From Octopus vulgaris (lineage: Eukaryota): a stretch of DNA of 64,000 nt. A program made the translations under genes and the position numbers. Positions within the stretch are counted from its first letter, which is position 1, and every line of letters begins with the position of its first letter. The stretch is from NCBI GenBank assembly GCA_951406725.2, contig OX597819.1, forward strand, positions 30,132,001-30,196,000. The letters are read 5' to 3'. Below, in pieces: positions 27,067 through 41,022 of the stretch. The notes under the pieces are model-generated. The model was not told the origin of the DNA. It ran no database searches and worked only from the letters and a program-made list of their open reading frames with translations.

Positions 27067-28235
27067 ATAGAAACCGTCTGGATTTGGATGTCACTAACGT
27101 CTTTATCTTTAGCCGAATATCTGCATCACAGTTACTGATTTTGCTGCATGGTTATTGAAGAATCATACCTCAAATATTCCAAGGTTTGTTCGTATCATAA
27201 GTACAAGTCCTACCTCTATAATAGTAAAATACAAGCTATGCGTGTATATGTCTTCTGATGCTGAGCATTGTCACTGTGTCGGCAGGGAAATATCTGCAAT
27301 TTCAAGGTGACCTTAAGATATAATACGCGTTAGCCCGTGATATTCCAACAGTTCCTAAGACACTGTGTTGATAAAACATTTCTCATTCAATTCTGTGTAA
27401 GCTAGCAAGAGTTTTAACGTTTAGGATTAGTGATTTTAAGTTGCTTGTATTGGAAGATTGTTTCCATTGCACAAAACATCAATACTGAAAGTGTATACAT
27501 CAATATAGGCAAATCAATACAAGGCACTACACTGATACTTGCAAGCTAGCCACATGTACCTTCATTCTTTATTCGTAGGCGTTTCCCTGCCGCTCTGTAT
27601 ACACATATTAATCCAGTCTCTGGGCGATATAAAGACAAAACATGAAAATTAAGTCTCTCAAATTAAGTTACAAATGTCAATCAACATTTAACACATGTAC
27701 ACATGTTTCACGTCGAATTCACCTGGAAACAATTAAACTTTGCGTGAGTGTGTGTGTGTACGCGTGCGTGCATTTGTTTGCGAGAACGGTAGCTGTCCAT
27801 TCATAATCGAATATAACCACTGGAAAATTTGAAGCATTGTCAACAATGCTCATATAATATTTTAATTCGAAAACGTATTTTATACCAGACTGCAAACCGG
27901 TCTCGTTGTCAGAACCAAGGAGTCGACGGACTTGAACGGAGGTTACAGGCTGCTTCACTGCAAACAGTTGTCTTACAGAATGCTGAACACTGGTACGCAG
28001 TTTTAAAGACATGCATCCCCCACCGCAGCCCCTTATTACTACATAGCCATTGAGCCTTTACTGGCTGCATCCATCCTTTTGACAAGTTTTGTTTTGGTTC
28101 TGTTTTATTCCTACCAACGCTCCTCACCAAGATAGCAACACCCCTCACGGTAGGGAAGTTTTAACCGCCGGCGATGGCCAAGTATCAGGTTTTACTGGAT
28201 TACATGTTACTATTAGCACAAACAGATCGAGTTTT

Positions 28236-28756
28236 CACGTGTGTACGTATGTATGCATGTATGTATGTATGTATGTATGTATGTATGTATGTATGTATGT
28301 ATGTATGTATGTATGTATGCATGTATGTACGTACGTAGTATTTACGTATGTATGCACGTACGTATGTATGTACGTATGTATGTATATATGTATGTATATA
28401 TGTATGTGTATGTATATATGTATGTATCTATATACGTACGTATATACTTATGATGTATGTATGCATGTATGTATGTATGTATGTATGCATGTATGTATGT
28501 ATGTATGCATGCATGCATGTATGTACGTACGTAGTACTTACGTAAGTATATATGTACGTACGTATGTATATATGTATGTACGTACGTATGTGTGTCTATA
28601 TGTATGTATCTATGTACGTATGTATGTATGATTATGTATGTATGCATGCATGCGTGTATGTATGTATGTATGTATGCATGTATGTATGTATGCATGTATG
28701 TATGTATGTATGTATGTATGTATGTATGTATGTATGTATGTATGTATGTATGTATG
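28236..28756. repeat. (TATG)n microsatellite
   Basis: Direct inspection. Confidence 0.97.
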
Positions 28757-29165
28757 TCCGGACCTCGATGTGGACGTAAAGCGCTAGAGCTATGAAACAT
28801 CTGGCCGTGTACTCCTTTCTAAAGCTGGATATATCAACCATATAAAGTCCCATGAAAGCTCAACTGTATACAATGTCCGCTTTCCTAAACCAGCGATTCA
28901 ACATGTGTAATATGTGAAACAGTTTAAAAGCCAATTTCAAGAATGGAAAGACATATGGAAGTACACTAAGAATACATCCCACCAAATGATCCGATGAAAT
29001 TTAGTGAGAAGTCACAACTTTCGTCTGTCATGTTTCAAATCATGTTAAACTCCAACGAGACTGAATTGTCATCTGAGAAGTCATGGACGGAAAGTCCGAG
29101 ATGTTATTAACAACAAGGAAGCACAGAGAGGCGACAATCATCAGTAAAAATGGAGTAATCACCAT
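28757..29165 (+). pseudogene. Degenerate three-C2H2 zinc-finger segment, probably a LINE C-terminus
   Basis: YETSGRVLLSKAGYINHIKSH; CVICETV*KPISRMERHMEVH; CHV/FKSC*TPTRLNCHLRSH. (TATG)n on both sides. Confidence 0.6.
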
Positions 29166-29529
29166 GTATGTATGCGTGTGTGTATGTATGTATATATGTA
29201 TGTATGTATGTATATATATATATATGTATATCATTGTTCAGTTTTATTTCAAGATTTCTCACCAATAGAGAAAGAGCCGACTTCTTACTTAGATTCAAAG
29301 CTCCTTCATTGGAATTTCAACATCAACAACAGGTTATGTATGTATGTATGTATGTATGTATGTATGTATGTATGTATGTATGTATGTATGTATGCATGTA
29401 TGTATATGTGCAGATTTGCATGTTTTATGTATTCTCATGCATATCTAGACATGCTCATATATATTTAAATGATATACTTTTGGAAGTTTTACAGATTTTT
29501 ACAGTTCCAGTGATTGAGTGGATCTGTAG

Positions 29530-29962
29530 TTTTTGAATTAGCTATCTCCTTTCTGGATTTGAGAAGCTTAATTTCTCAAGACTGATGTTTAGGCATTGTA
29601 TTACATATCCCAGGGCCCCAATAATTGCAGGTATAAACCTGAACTTGTAATCTGGATAGAGTAACTGCAAATTTCTCAATAGTTCAGCGTAGGTATTCTC
29701 TTTTTCACTGATCTTCAGCTTTATATTAACATCCGCTGAGTAGCTGATTTCCACAATTGCACACAGTTTCTCTTGTCTATCCCTAATTACTATGTCAGGT
29801 CTATTATGTTTACACTTCATTGAGGCTTTCACTGGGACATTTCACCAGTTCTCCTTTTTATTATGAGTGGCTATGGCTTCTACCATACTGTAGGTTCTTA
29901 TTTCTTTGTTCTCGGGGTTATCTTTCCGACGGATTTCATTATAGAGTGTCTTAGCTACAACA
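29530..29962 (-). mobile_element. R4/Dong-like LINE endonuclease fragment
   Basis: HNRPDIVIRD...IVEIS...KENTY...IIGALG. Confidence 0.8.
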
Positions 29963-30389
29963 CGTAAATATATATGTACACGCGCATTTGCTTTTATCCA
30001 TAGATAGGTTCTTAAAACCTTTTCTAACTAATGAACCGATATAGATATCTATCTATAGATAGATAGGTTCTTAAAACATTTTCTAACTAATGAATCTCGT
30101 TAAATTTATTTGTTAATTTAAAAACAACTCAAAAGACTACACAGTAGAGTACCTTCAACAGTTGACTGTAATTTTTACACATGGCATAAGAGTTACGGAG
30201 ATGTTTAACCAGTACTGATTTGTATTATTAAAAGAAATGAATAAAATGAATTAAAGGAAATAATTCAAGTGGCTTAGGTCTTGGATTTCGACAAATTTAG
30301 GGACAATGTACTGAATGACTTATGCCTCTCTCTCTCTCTCTCTTTCTCTCTCTTTCTCTATCTCTCTTTCTCTCTCTCTCTCATCTCTC

Positions 30390-30460
<71 letters not shown>

Positions 30461-30585
30461 CTCTCTCCACTAGTGTATGTTCCGTTATCATACTTCCTAT
30501 TTAGCTACATTTCTCACTCACTCCAGAGTCCATATTCACTTGTTTATCTCAAATTTCACTATTACGTGTATGGAGTTTTTCAATA

Positions 30586-30691
<106 letters not shown>

Positions 30692-30693
30692 TG

Positions 30694-31015
30694 CTCACGG
30701 AAGATTAAAAGCAGTCACGACTGAATGCGTATCGTGAACTGAAAGAACAGTTGGAAGTTGATCCAGACCTTTTTTCGAAGTGCATCAATGGTGACGAAAG
30801 TTGGTGCTACGAAATTTGCAGATGTGGAAGAGGCGAAGGAAAAAAACGACAGAGGGGTTTAAAGGCATCACTTCGCAAGAGCTTCGGCACTACTTCGAAC
30901 AATGGAAAACGTGTCTGGAATGATGCATTGCTTCAAATGGAGAATACTTTGAAGGCAATAACAGTGTAAACATGTAAAACTAAGCTAAGAAAATAATATT
31001 GCAAAATTCCGGTTT
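30694..31015 (+). mobile_element. Mariner transposase remnant (internally deleted)
   Basis: DPDLFSKCINGDESWCY, then in another frame FEQWKTCLE*CIASNGEYFEG. Confidence 0.8.
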
Positions 31016-31084
31016 CTAGACTCTTTATAGATACGAAACCCATGGTGACCTCATAGACCGGCCATATCTATCTTTATCTATCTA

Positions 31085-31168
<84 letters not shown>

Positions 31169-31708
31169 GGAAAATGGAGAGTTTGAACACAGAAAAATCA
31201 GTTTATTTTTGTAACACTCAATTTCATATCACCTACGTTCGTTTCAATTTCTTACCTTCCTTCATATTTTGCAATCAAGATTGTATTATGCATTTAAAAG
31301 GTAAAAAATCTCTTCGGGGCAAAAGTTGATAAACATTCGTTCACATCCTAATGGATGGAGAGTTGCTTAAAATTCTGTTCTCCTGTATCGAATGGATGAA
31401 AACATCTATAACGACAACTGGAACTTCATAAGTATTAACACTAACACTAGCACAAATTAAGGAAATCCAAAGTATATTAATCGATATGGAGCTAAAAACC
31501 GGTGTACGGTTGGATAAAATATATCTTTGTGAAAGAGCAACCACTTTCCATTCAAAACTATATATATACATTAAAGCTATTTTCAGCACATAAAGTACAT
31601 ACATGTAGTACATATAACTCGAAGTACATATGAAGCATGCTATTATTTATAGTTTTATATGTACTTCGAGAGCAAATTCCAAAAATGAATTACTTCATAA
31701 ACTGTAAT

Positions 31709-31836
<128 letters not shown>

Positions 31837-32657
31837 ATTACTGAATTGCTCACTGCGACCAGGTGTATACTCTTTTCATTCAGTTGGCAGATTTTCAGAC
31901 AGATATTTCTACTTGAAAATCTTCAATTTAATAAATTGCAAAACCGTATTACTTTGCTAAATTACATCGAGTTCTCTCTTTGTAGTTTCCGTGGTATGAT
32001 TTGTTGTCAAAAAGCAATATCAAACTCTATAAACATGTGCGTACATATGTGTATGCAGGTATATATCTATATGTATATATACATATACGGATATTTATAT
32101 ATGCATATTTGTATATACATATGTATACATGCGTTCAGCTTTGTGTGTGTCTCTGTCTGTGTGCGTTCCTACGTCATATTTACAAAGTTATGGTAAACTT
32201 GAGCTGGAGTAGGTGTGTAGGAATGATATTTTTGCCGTTCAGTCAAAAGAATTTTTCCATCTTGCACATGCGATGGTGAAAATAATATATCTTTCTGTAG
32301 CGATAATCTTAGAAAATCATGTAAATGTTACTCAATGTATATCATGTATACCTCAATCTATATCATGTGAATATAAAATAACATATGTCTCCACTATTAA
32401 CACTTTCACAATCCTCAATATATAAGGTCATTACAGGTAAAAATAATTTTCACACAGGCTAATGACTTGTTTCGAAGATCTAGATGTGAAAATTGGATTA
32501 CTTTTCAAAATCAATAGCGAAAACTTCGACTTAATGAGATGTATTTTTGGAAAGCTGATGATGTATCGTACAAATTTCTTGTTTTTAATTAATCAGCTAT
32601 TTAGTATCTGCCTCAGGTTAAGGCAAATGATGCGATAAATACCTCCCTAAAGATGGC

Positions 32658-32700
<43 letters not shown>

Positions 32701-33084
32701 GTGATGGTGGTGGTGGTGGTGGTGGTGGTGGTGGTGGTGGTGGTGGTGGTGGTGGTGATCATGATGTTTGTGCTCAGTATAATGCTAATGATGATGATAA
32801 AGAAAACCAATTTAAATTCAAGCAGATCTTTTATATTTCTCTATTCCTTTCTATCTCTTCCATTCACGCTCTTTGTGTGTGTGTATGTGTGTGTGTGTGT
32901 CTGTGTATGTGTGTGTCTGTGTGTGTGCAAGCGTGCGTGCATGTGTACGTGTGTGTGCGTGTGTACGTGCGTATATGTGTGTGAGTGAGTGAGTCAGTGA
33001 GTAAGTGAGTGAGTCAGTGAGTCAGTGAGTCAGTGAGTCAGTGAGTCAGTGAGTGAATGAGTGTGTGTTCATTCAAATATATAC

Positions 33085-33305
33085 ACAGGCGTTGCTGTGT
33101 ATTAAGAAGTTTGCTTCCCAACTACATGGGTTCATTCCCACTGTGTGGCACCCTGGGCAATTGTCTTCTACTATAGCATCGGGGCGACCAAAGCCTTGTG
33201 AGTGGATTTGGTTGACAGAAACTGAAAGAAGCCCGTCAACTAAAGGCCAAGCTCCAGTATGGCTGCAGTCAAATGACTGAAACAAATAAAAATATAAAAG
33301 AATAT
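33085..33305 (+). mobile_element. SINE family B (internally deleted)
   Basis: tRNA-like head, family B body and tail GCAGTCAAATGACTGAAAC. Confidence 0.85.
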
Positions 33306-33539
33306 AAATACATATATAAAAGAGACGATGGGCGATGACTAGAAGAATATTGAGCTTTATTTGATAACCAGTTGATCTAGCAAGCAGTGAGTGGGCGGAG
33401 CCGGCGCGCATGTGATGCCGTCGAGAGGCAGGCCCCGAAACGGCGAGCGTTCTCTCCTGATAACCCAATACAATTGTTGGCTTCCAGTATGCGGAGCTTT
33501 CGACTGGTAGCACTTGCATGTGCAAGTTGTTTGCAAAAC

Positions 33540-33574
<35 letters not shown>

Positions 33575-34131
33575 TATAAGAGGGATGACCGCTAAGTGGA
33601 CATCCATTATATTAAAAGTCGACCCCCTTTGGTCTTACCACTATGAAAGGAATGTTCTCAAGAAAATTTAGCAAACGCCAGAACGTAAGCGAGCAAGACA
33701 AATGAAAAGATACAAAATATACAGATTAATCACAAACCAGTTTCGTTGTTACGACTTACGTAATCACTTACATAGATGTCCGCAACTCGTCAGTGTGATC
33801 GTCATAGCAAAATATAATTTGCAGAACTATACACGAGGCGTCCGCATGAGACTGAACATGTATGTTGTTCTACCAATTACATTTGGGCTTATATATCAAA
33901 AGTCTTCGTTTTGGCGCGCCAAAATATCGGAAATAATTCTGCAGAAAATAATTCTCTGCAGTGAATTTGGCGAGTTAGAGAACATAGTTATTTAAATTTA
34001 AATTTAAAATAATAAGGGTGACAAATTGAATATTAATTTGATTAATATCAATTTAAAATCAGTGGTCTAGCATATAGAAAAATCTGAAGATTCAGAAAAA
34101 TGTATTTGAACAACGAAGACGAATAAGGGTA

Positions 34132-34433
34132 CAGTAATGCCTCGATATACGAGTTAATTTCATCCTGGAGACCGCTCATAAAGCGAAAACTCATAAAGCA
34201 GAACAATGAGTTGCCATAGTAGCAATGAGTTCCCATAGTAGCAATAAAATTTTATTCCGTCATTTTACTCCGTCGCTATATGTAGCTGCGTCGACGCGTC
34301 AGAATCAGTGTTGTCACATGTTGCGACGCTACTTCATGCAAAATGGTTATCTAACCTTTTCATATTCATTATGAAATAAAACTCGTAAACCCGGGGTCTA
34401 GTAAAGTGGATCCTCATAAAATGAGGTATTACT
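34132..34433 (+). mobile_element. Tigger/pogo-like MITE
   Basis: TA-CAGTAATGCCTCG ... GAGGTATTACT-TA inverted ends with repeated subterminal CTC(A/G)TAAA motifs. Confidence 0.65.
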
Positions 34434-34733
34434 TATCTGAAATGCCATTTAAGATAGATACTTTAATTATTGAAATTCTCACCGCTTCCAGTACGAGCGG
34501 GCTTCCGCTCAATTGACTTATATGGCACTGGCTGTCCCAGAGCTATTGTAGAAAGCACTTGCTCAAGATGTCGTGTAAGTATGAGTGAATCACGTAGTTG
34601 CAGAGCGAATATTTTAACGGCAGTCATGGCTGAGCCTATATAAGCAAAAAAAATGACTTGTAAACACTCGACGTTGAATATACAGTAACAGCAATACACA
34701 CGAACACACATAGAGCGTGCACGCACGTGTATG

Positions 34734-34799
<66 letters not shown>

Positions 34800-34908
34800 G
34801 AGGGCATTACTGTACACGCTAGGGGGACTCTTAAAGGGACTCACGCTAACTACTTGATAAATTCTTATAAAGATTTTATCCTATTTTTAAATTTTATATA
34901 TATATATA

Positions 34909-35280
34909 TTGGTTCCGGGTTCAGTCCCACTGCGTGGCACCTTGGGCAAGTGTCTTCTACTATAGCCTCGGGCCGACCAAAGCCTTGTGAGTGGATTTGG
35001 TAGACGGAAACTGAAAGAAGCCAGTCGTATATATGTATGTATATATATATGCGTGTGTGTGTTTGTGTGTCTGTGTTTGTCCCCCTAGCATTGCTTGACA
35101 ACCGATGCTGGTGTGTTTATGTCCCCGTTACTTAGCGGTTCGGCCAAAGAGACCGATAGAATAAGTACTGGGCTTACAAAAGAATAAGTCCCGGGGTCGA
35201 GTTGCTCGATTAAAGGCGGTGCTCCAGCATGGCCGCAGTCAAATGACTGAAACAAGTAAAAGACTAAAAGACTAAAAGAC
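34909..35280 (+). mobile_element. SINE family B, near full length
   Basis: GGTTCAGTCCC B-box-like motif, internal microsatellite, tail GGCGGTGCTCCAGCATGGCCGCAGTCAAATGACTGAAAC + (TAAAAGAC)n. Confidence 0.9.
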
Positions 35281-36324
35281 ATAGATGCATGTATGTGTAT
35301 GATGGATGGATGGATGGATGGATGGATGGATGGGTGGGTGGATGGATATACGTTATATATTATATATCTATATATGCATACTCGCACAAATATTTATATA
35401 AATTTATCTATATGTGCATATTATATATATGCATGTTTGTCTGTGTGTGTATGTAAATATGTATGTTTGTATGTATGTATATATGTATGTATGAACGCAA
35501 GCATGTATTAAATAAATTTACGTTAAATACGTTATGCCGTCTTAAAATGTCACTTTTATTGAGAGCTTTTATATAATTGTTGAAAATAAATGTCAAATTT
35601 AAAACTGCGTACATCTTATACAATCTATAGAATACAAGCCTTATTTTATTATATTTTTTTATTCAGTTGACAATATAGATTTAAAAATGGACTTTTTCGC
35701 TTTAAATCAAATAATTTATAAATTGAATAGATTTATTAGAGCAATAAGTATTTTGTTTAGACTTTTAGTCTATACACTCTAAGTGAACTTTTTAATGAAT
35801 CACAAAGGTTTTTTTCCCAAAATTTCTTTGAAAGAAGTCTTATTTTTATTGCTTGAAAATTTTTATATTTCATAAAATTTTTTGAGCTTTACATATTTTT
35901 GTTTTAAAAGAGAAGAAATCGAGAAAAAGAATTAACTTCAGGAAGATGTTGAGAAACTCTGATCAGCAAGAATAGGAAAATAACCTTCGTATAGCGTGTT
36001 TTTTAGGTGACATATTTTTCAGTTGAGGGCATGGTGGAACGGCAACAAAAGTAAAAGACACTTTGACATGTAAATTAAATAATGAGAGATTCATTTGTAT
36101 ACAATAAAGTGTGTATTTAGTGCCAACGTTTGCGATATTTTCACCTAATTTGATATATTTTTATTACCAAAAATAGAGTGGAAAATTCCGTGGAATATGG
36201 TCAAGTTCGCTGCAAACCAAGCTTCCTTCAAGACTTATTTTCCAGTTAGAGTCCGGGATGCTAAAACAATTTATTTCAGATACGTTTGAATTACGAGAAA
36301 AAGACGTGAACTTCAGACATTCTA

Positions 36325-37558
36325 CGAGGTTGAGTCAAAAGTTTTTTCGGATTTTCATTTATGACTTTTGGCAACTTGTATTTCTATGTAATATCCTTAA
36401 TTTGATACAGCTTGTCCAATCGTTGCTGCTGTTCATTCATTATTTTAATATATAGCATATAAACATTTATTGTTTTCTCTTTACTTTTGAGCTTTGATAA
36501 TGTATGGTGAAAAGATTGCTATCAAAGTCATTTTACACTCCCTAAGGTAAAAAGGGCAGAGAGCAAGGATAGCGACAAAAGAATTAATAATGTGGAGGGC
36601 CCAGAAATCGTCAACAAACGTGTGGAACAACAACGTTTCAAGACAGGTGACCCCGGCCTCGAAGACAACCCAAGGCCAGGGAGACCTTCTGCTGCGGAAC
36701 ATAAAGCCCTGCTTATAATAGGTGAACAACAACTAAGCACAATCATTCGTACATAGTCAGCAGAGTTTGGGCCCTCACATAGCTCCTTCGATCGACACCT
36801 CCATAAGTTCAACCTAGTGAATAAACACTATCGGGAAGTGAAATGACCAATGACAAGGTTCAGCAACATGTGAACATTTGCAAACAACTGCTGGCAGATC
36901 CTTGAGATGCCCGTTTTTGATGTCAACTGGGGATGAAAATGGATCTATTTTCGTAATCCTACTCAGAGAAACCATTGGTTTCGTTCCGATTATGCTTCAG
37001 AATCAGTTGCGAAACAAAGTCGGTTTAAGCAGGAAGCCATGTTATGTGTTTTGTTGAATTTTTATGGGGTATAGCACTTTGAGCTAGTCCCAGATTGTCA
37101 TTCTATGAACGCTAACCTTTACGTTCAACAACTATCGGGAGTGTATGATGTTTTGAAAGCACGCTTCTCGGAATTGTTCAATCGAAGGTTGCATCAGCCC
37201 ATACTGTCAATGTGACCAAGCGCAAACTTGAAGAACTTGAGGTACTTGAGGGACTGGAAATGTTACCCCACCCTGCCTACTGTTCAGTCCTTGCAGCAGC
37301 AAGGTCTAAACAGTAGGCAGGGTGAAGTAACAGTAGGCTCAAGAATGAGGATAAGGTTGAAAACGGTTGCAAGATGTTTGCCTCTAAACCTAAACAATCC
37401 AAATAGTATAAGGGTAGAACCGAGTTACTGTTACAACGATAGCAATAGACAATAGAATATGATGGGATATATGTTGGTTAATAAATGCATTTCGTGTGTA
37501 ATTTGCTAGAACTATTAATTAAAATTTGAAATACGAAAGAAATTTCGACTCAACCTGG
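36325..37558 (+). mobile_element. Full-length degenerate mariner transposon
   Basis: TA target duplication; TIRs CGAGGTTGAGTCAAAAGTT / AATTTCGACTCAACCTGG; broken transposase motifs RFKTGD..LED..RPGRPS, TGDE, HPAY. Confidence 0.88.
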
Positions 37559-37605
37559 TAATCCTCGTCCCTTTAAATACGAACAATGCAAATGCAAGTG
37601 CGCTA

Positions 37606-37735
37606 AGGTCGACTCTGCCCATCATCCTTTCGGGGTTAATAAAATAAGTACCAGTTGAGCACTGAAGTTCGATGTAATCGAGAAACCCCCCTCTACCAAA
37701 TTTCATGCCCGGTGCCAATAGTAGAAAGGCTTACT
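37606..37735 (+). mobile_element. SINE family A, 3' fragment
   Basis: AGGTCGACTCTGCCCATCATCCTTTCGGGGTT core. Confidence 0.7.
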
Positions 37736-37815
37736 CATACGAACATTTAAACAATCTATAAATAGCTGAATAACTATCAGTACAAATACAGCGTGACTTA
37801 TGAATAATTACGTAT

Positions 37816-38050
37816 ACCTATTTCTTTACTGCCCACAAGGGGCTAAACACAGAGAGGACAAACAAAGACAGACAAACGGTTTAAGTCGATTATATCGACC
37901 CCAGTGCGTAACTGGCACTTATTTAATCGACCCCGAAAGGATGAAAGGCAAAGTTGACCTCGGCAGAATTTCAACTCAGAACGTAACGGCAGACGAAATA
38001 CGGCTACGCATTTCGCCCGGCATGCTAAAGTTTCTGCCAGCTCGCCGCCT
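37816..38050 (-). mobile_element. SINE family A, full length
   Basis: Reverse complement of the 56157-56386 copy. Confidence 0.9.
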
Positions 38051-39089
38051 TACTTATGAATAATTATGTATACCATCTACACTCAGGCACTTCGATTCGT
38101 TTCTCCCTTTCTCTTTGTACGTAATGTACCCACAAAGACACTTACTCATGCACCTATCTATCCATTCCTAGATCTACTTCGTTCAATTCTTCCTTCATGG
38201 AAAGTAGGTTTTCCGAAATTCTTTCCTGAACATATTTACTCTCTGCAACAGTCAACTCACAACATTAATCACGTCGATACGCTGTGATAGTGCCTGCAAA
38301 GCATATTAGTACTGCCCTCTCCTCCAGACCACAACAATGAAAACATATCTCACTACGAAATTTCGCCCTGAGATTAAAAAAAAAAAATTATTGCCAATTT
38401 AGCAAGCTTAGTATGATACTTCACACTGACTAGTTTCGTCTTTCATTAAGAAATTCATCAGGGATCGTTTATTTATGTCTTTTAAGTTTCTGAAAGAAAC
38501 TAGAGCATCTTACAGAAGCGTAATCAAGATTTTGATTTGAATTTACCTGTGCTTAGCATTTTAAAATATATTCTCAGACAAAGATTACAGCTTACTTTCA
38601 CATACTTCACTAATAACTTTGGCAAATACATAATATCACATAATCCCAATGTTGCTTTTGTTGTTGATTTTTGTTGTTCAAAGTAGACACTGATGTCTTC
38701 CTTTATAAGAAATAATTATTATGGAACAGCCTAGTTTCCAGATTAGATACCACCGGCATCGACTATTCTATCCATTCTTCCAGTGATCTAAAGAAAATAA
38801 CAATCGCTTGTTGTTGTTTGTAGTGGTAGTGGTGGTGGCAGTGGCGGCGGTGGTGGTGGTGGTGATGGTGGTGGTGGTCGGAGTTGGCAATAGTATTGTT
38901 ATTGTTTGTGAAGAGTGTTTGTGCGTGTGTGAGAGTAGGTCCCTGTGTGTGCGTGTGTGTGTGCGTGTGCATGTGTGTGTGTGTGTATGTATGGATGTGC
39001 GTGTGTGCATCCATGTATGTGTGTGGATGTCCGTGTGTGCGTCCATGTATGTGTAAGTACGTGTGTACTTAAATAAATAAAATAAATAA

Positions 39090-39337
39090 ATGCACCCTTT
39101 TAAAGCCTAGTCAGGCTCATGAGCCTGGTTTCCCGGTTTCTATGGCGTATGTGTTCTCCAGCTGGACGGGACGCCAGTCCATCGCAGCGTTACTCATTTT
39201 TGCCAGCTGAGTGGACTGGAGCAACGTGAAATGAAGTGTTTTGCTCAAGAACACAACGCGTCGCCCGGTCCAGGAATCGAAACCACAATTTTACGATCAT
39301 GATGCTGACACTCTAACCACTAAGCCACACGCCTCCA
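39090..39337 (-). mobile_element. tRNA-derived SINE family C
   Basis: Minus-strand head TGGCTTAGTGGTTAGAG...GTTTCGATTCC; tail GAAACCGGGAAACC shared with family D. Confidence 0.85.
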
Positions 39338-39853
39338 GGGAATGCTAAATTAAAAAAATAGAAAAACTTGCAGATATAAGGAAAATTATAATAGGAAACG
39401 AAATTAAACTATTGGTTAGTGGGATCCAAATGTGACAGTTACCGATAATTATAAAAGGAGTTGGCAGAAATAACTTGGATTAAACCCATTAGGAGAGATT
39501 TAATACATGAGTATATTGATGAAAGAAAATTGGGTGAAGCCTAAATGCTATGCTAATATTAGTTACTTATTGACTGAAACCTAATCCCACACCCCTATAT
39601 GTAGTGGGGTGAGGTCAGAGTTAATCCTACAACCTAATTGGTCATCTAATATTTAAAAACGGAATGAAGATAACTTGGAAGTTGGAAGTTTTTGTTGCCT
39701 CACGGTAGAAACGGCCGTAAGGAATTAGTACCTGTACACTCATCTATTATTATTCATTTGTTTATGTGTGTGTGTGTGTGCGTGTGCGCGCGTGTATGTG
39801 TGTATATCTGTTTTTGCAGTTATTGTTTTAATTAATTCATTATTTTGTATCAC

Positions 39854-40082
39854 TCATACATACTTCTCCACTGCAAAATCTACGTCAATCGATGGGTATA
39901 GGGATACCACATCCATGCTACCTACTATACATCCTGTCAAGTCACAAGTTTTGTTACAGTCACTGATCCTGCTTAGGAGATCTTCTGTGCTGTCACACAC
40001 ATCAGGTGACATCCTGATTATAGGGCGTATGATCATTGAGAGGAAGTAGGAGATTCTGTAATTGCTAGCGATATTCGCTAGA
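39854..40082 (-). mobile_element. Penelope-like RT fragment, inverted relative to the adjoining ORF
   Basis: STEDLL...IVGSMDVVSLYPSID matches the PLE RT motif DVxSLYxxI. Confidence 0.8.
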
Positions 40083-40086
40083 AATT

Positions 40087-41022
40087 GTGAAAAATAAAAC
40101 CCAAATCCTTCATTCATACTATGCAAAACCTATGGCCTCAAAATACCTGATCCACCGGAACTCAGCCATTGCGGGCAATGCCAAATTCAATATTTCGATG
40201 GCAGACCTCGTCAGAATAATGAGAAATGTGTCACGCATGTGCGAGCCTACAGAATTAAAGAGACACATACAGTATTTCATTCACCGCATGCAGTTCTCAG
40301 GTTACAGCCATAAAGAAAGGATCAGAGTATACAAAGGAGCCATGAAGAAATTTGATAATATATTATGTAATGATAGGAATGGGATTTGCCCACTCTATAG
40401 GAACAAGTCATGGAACACTATAGAAAGGACAAAAAAGAAAATAGGGAAGGCCAACTCTTGGTATGATAGCCATAAATACCAGAGTGTCATGTTCGTTGAC
40501 ACCACCCCTGGAGGTGAACTAGCGTACCGCTTTAGAAGGACCCTAGATAAACTTAAACTAAGAATTAAGGTTGTTGAAAAGCCAGGCAACCCTATCAGAT
40601 CTATAATTGGTAGAAGCTATCCTTTTAGTAGAACTCTCTGTACGGATAACTATTGCACTGTATGTAGATTTAGCCCACAAACGAACTGTAAAGCCAGAAA
40701 TGTGGTCTATAGTATAAGATGTATAGAGGGACGATGCAGTAACAAGACAGTAACATACGTAGGGGAAACTGCAAGAAGCATTGGTGAGCGGGTGAATGAA
40801 CATTGGAGACAACTCAAGGAAGGTAAAAGCTCATCGATTCTGTACCAACACGCCGAACAAGAACACGGGGGATCAATCAATAACATAGAGATTAAGATAT
40901 TGTCCACACATAGAACAGATGCAACAATTAGACAAATTACAGAAGCTACACATATAATAGAAAATAAACCTAGCCTGAATAGAAAACTAGAATGGAGCAA
41001 TAGCGCACACCACAACATATGA
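40087..41022 (+). mobile_element. Penelope-like element ORF: RT thumb/linker + GIY-YIG endonuclease
   Basis: 311-aa open frame: YAKP..S..LIHRNSA, SGYS, Cys-rich linker, NVVYSIRC...YVGETARSIGERVNEH...EA..I....PSLNRK. Confidence 0.92.

Noticed and set aside
32271-32425. MVKIIYLSVAIILENHVNVTQCISC..C as a possible upstream Ly6 exon
   Set aside because: Too few cysteines before the stop, no suitable splice donor, and the Cys codons arise from a short local duplication.
33410-33470. Hammerhead motif around CCGAAACGGCGAGCGTTC
   Set aside because: No CUGANGA core in a compatible position.
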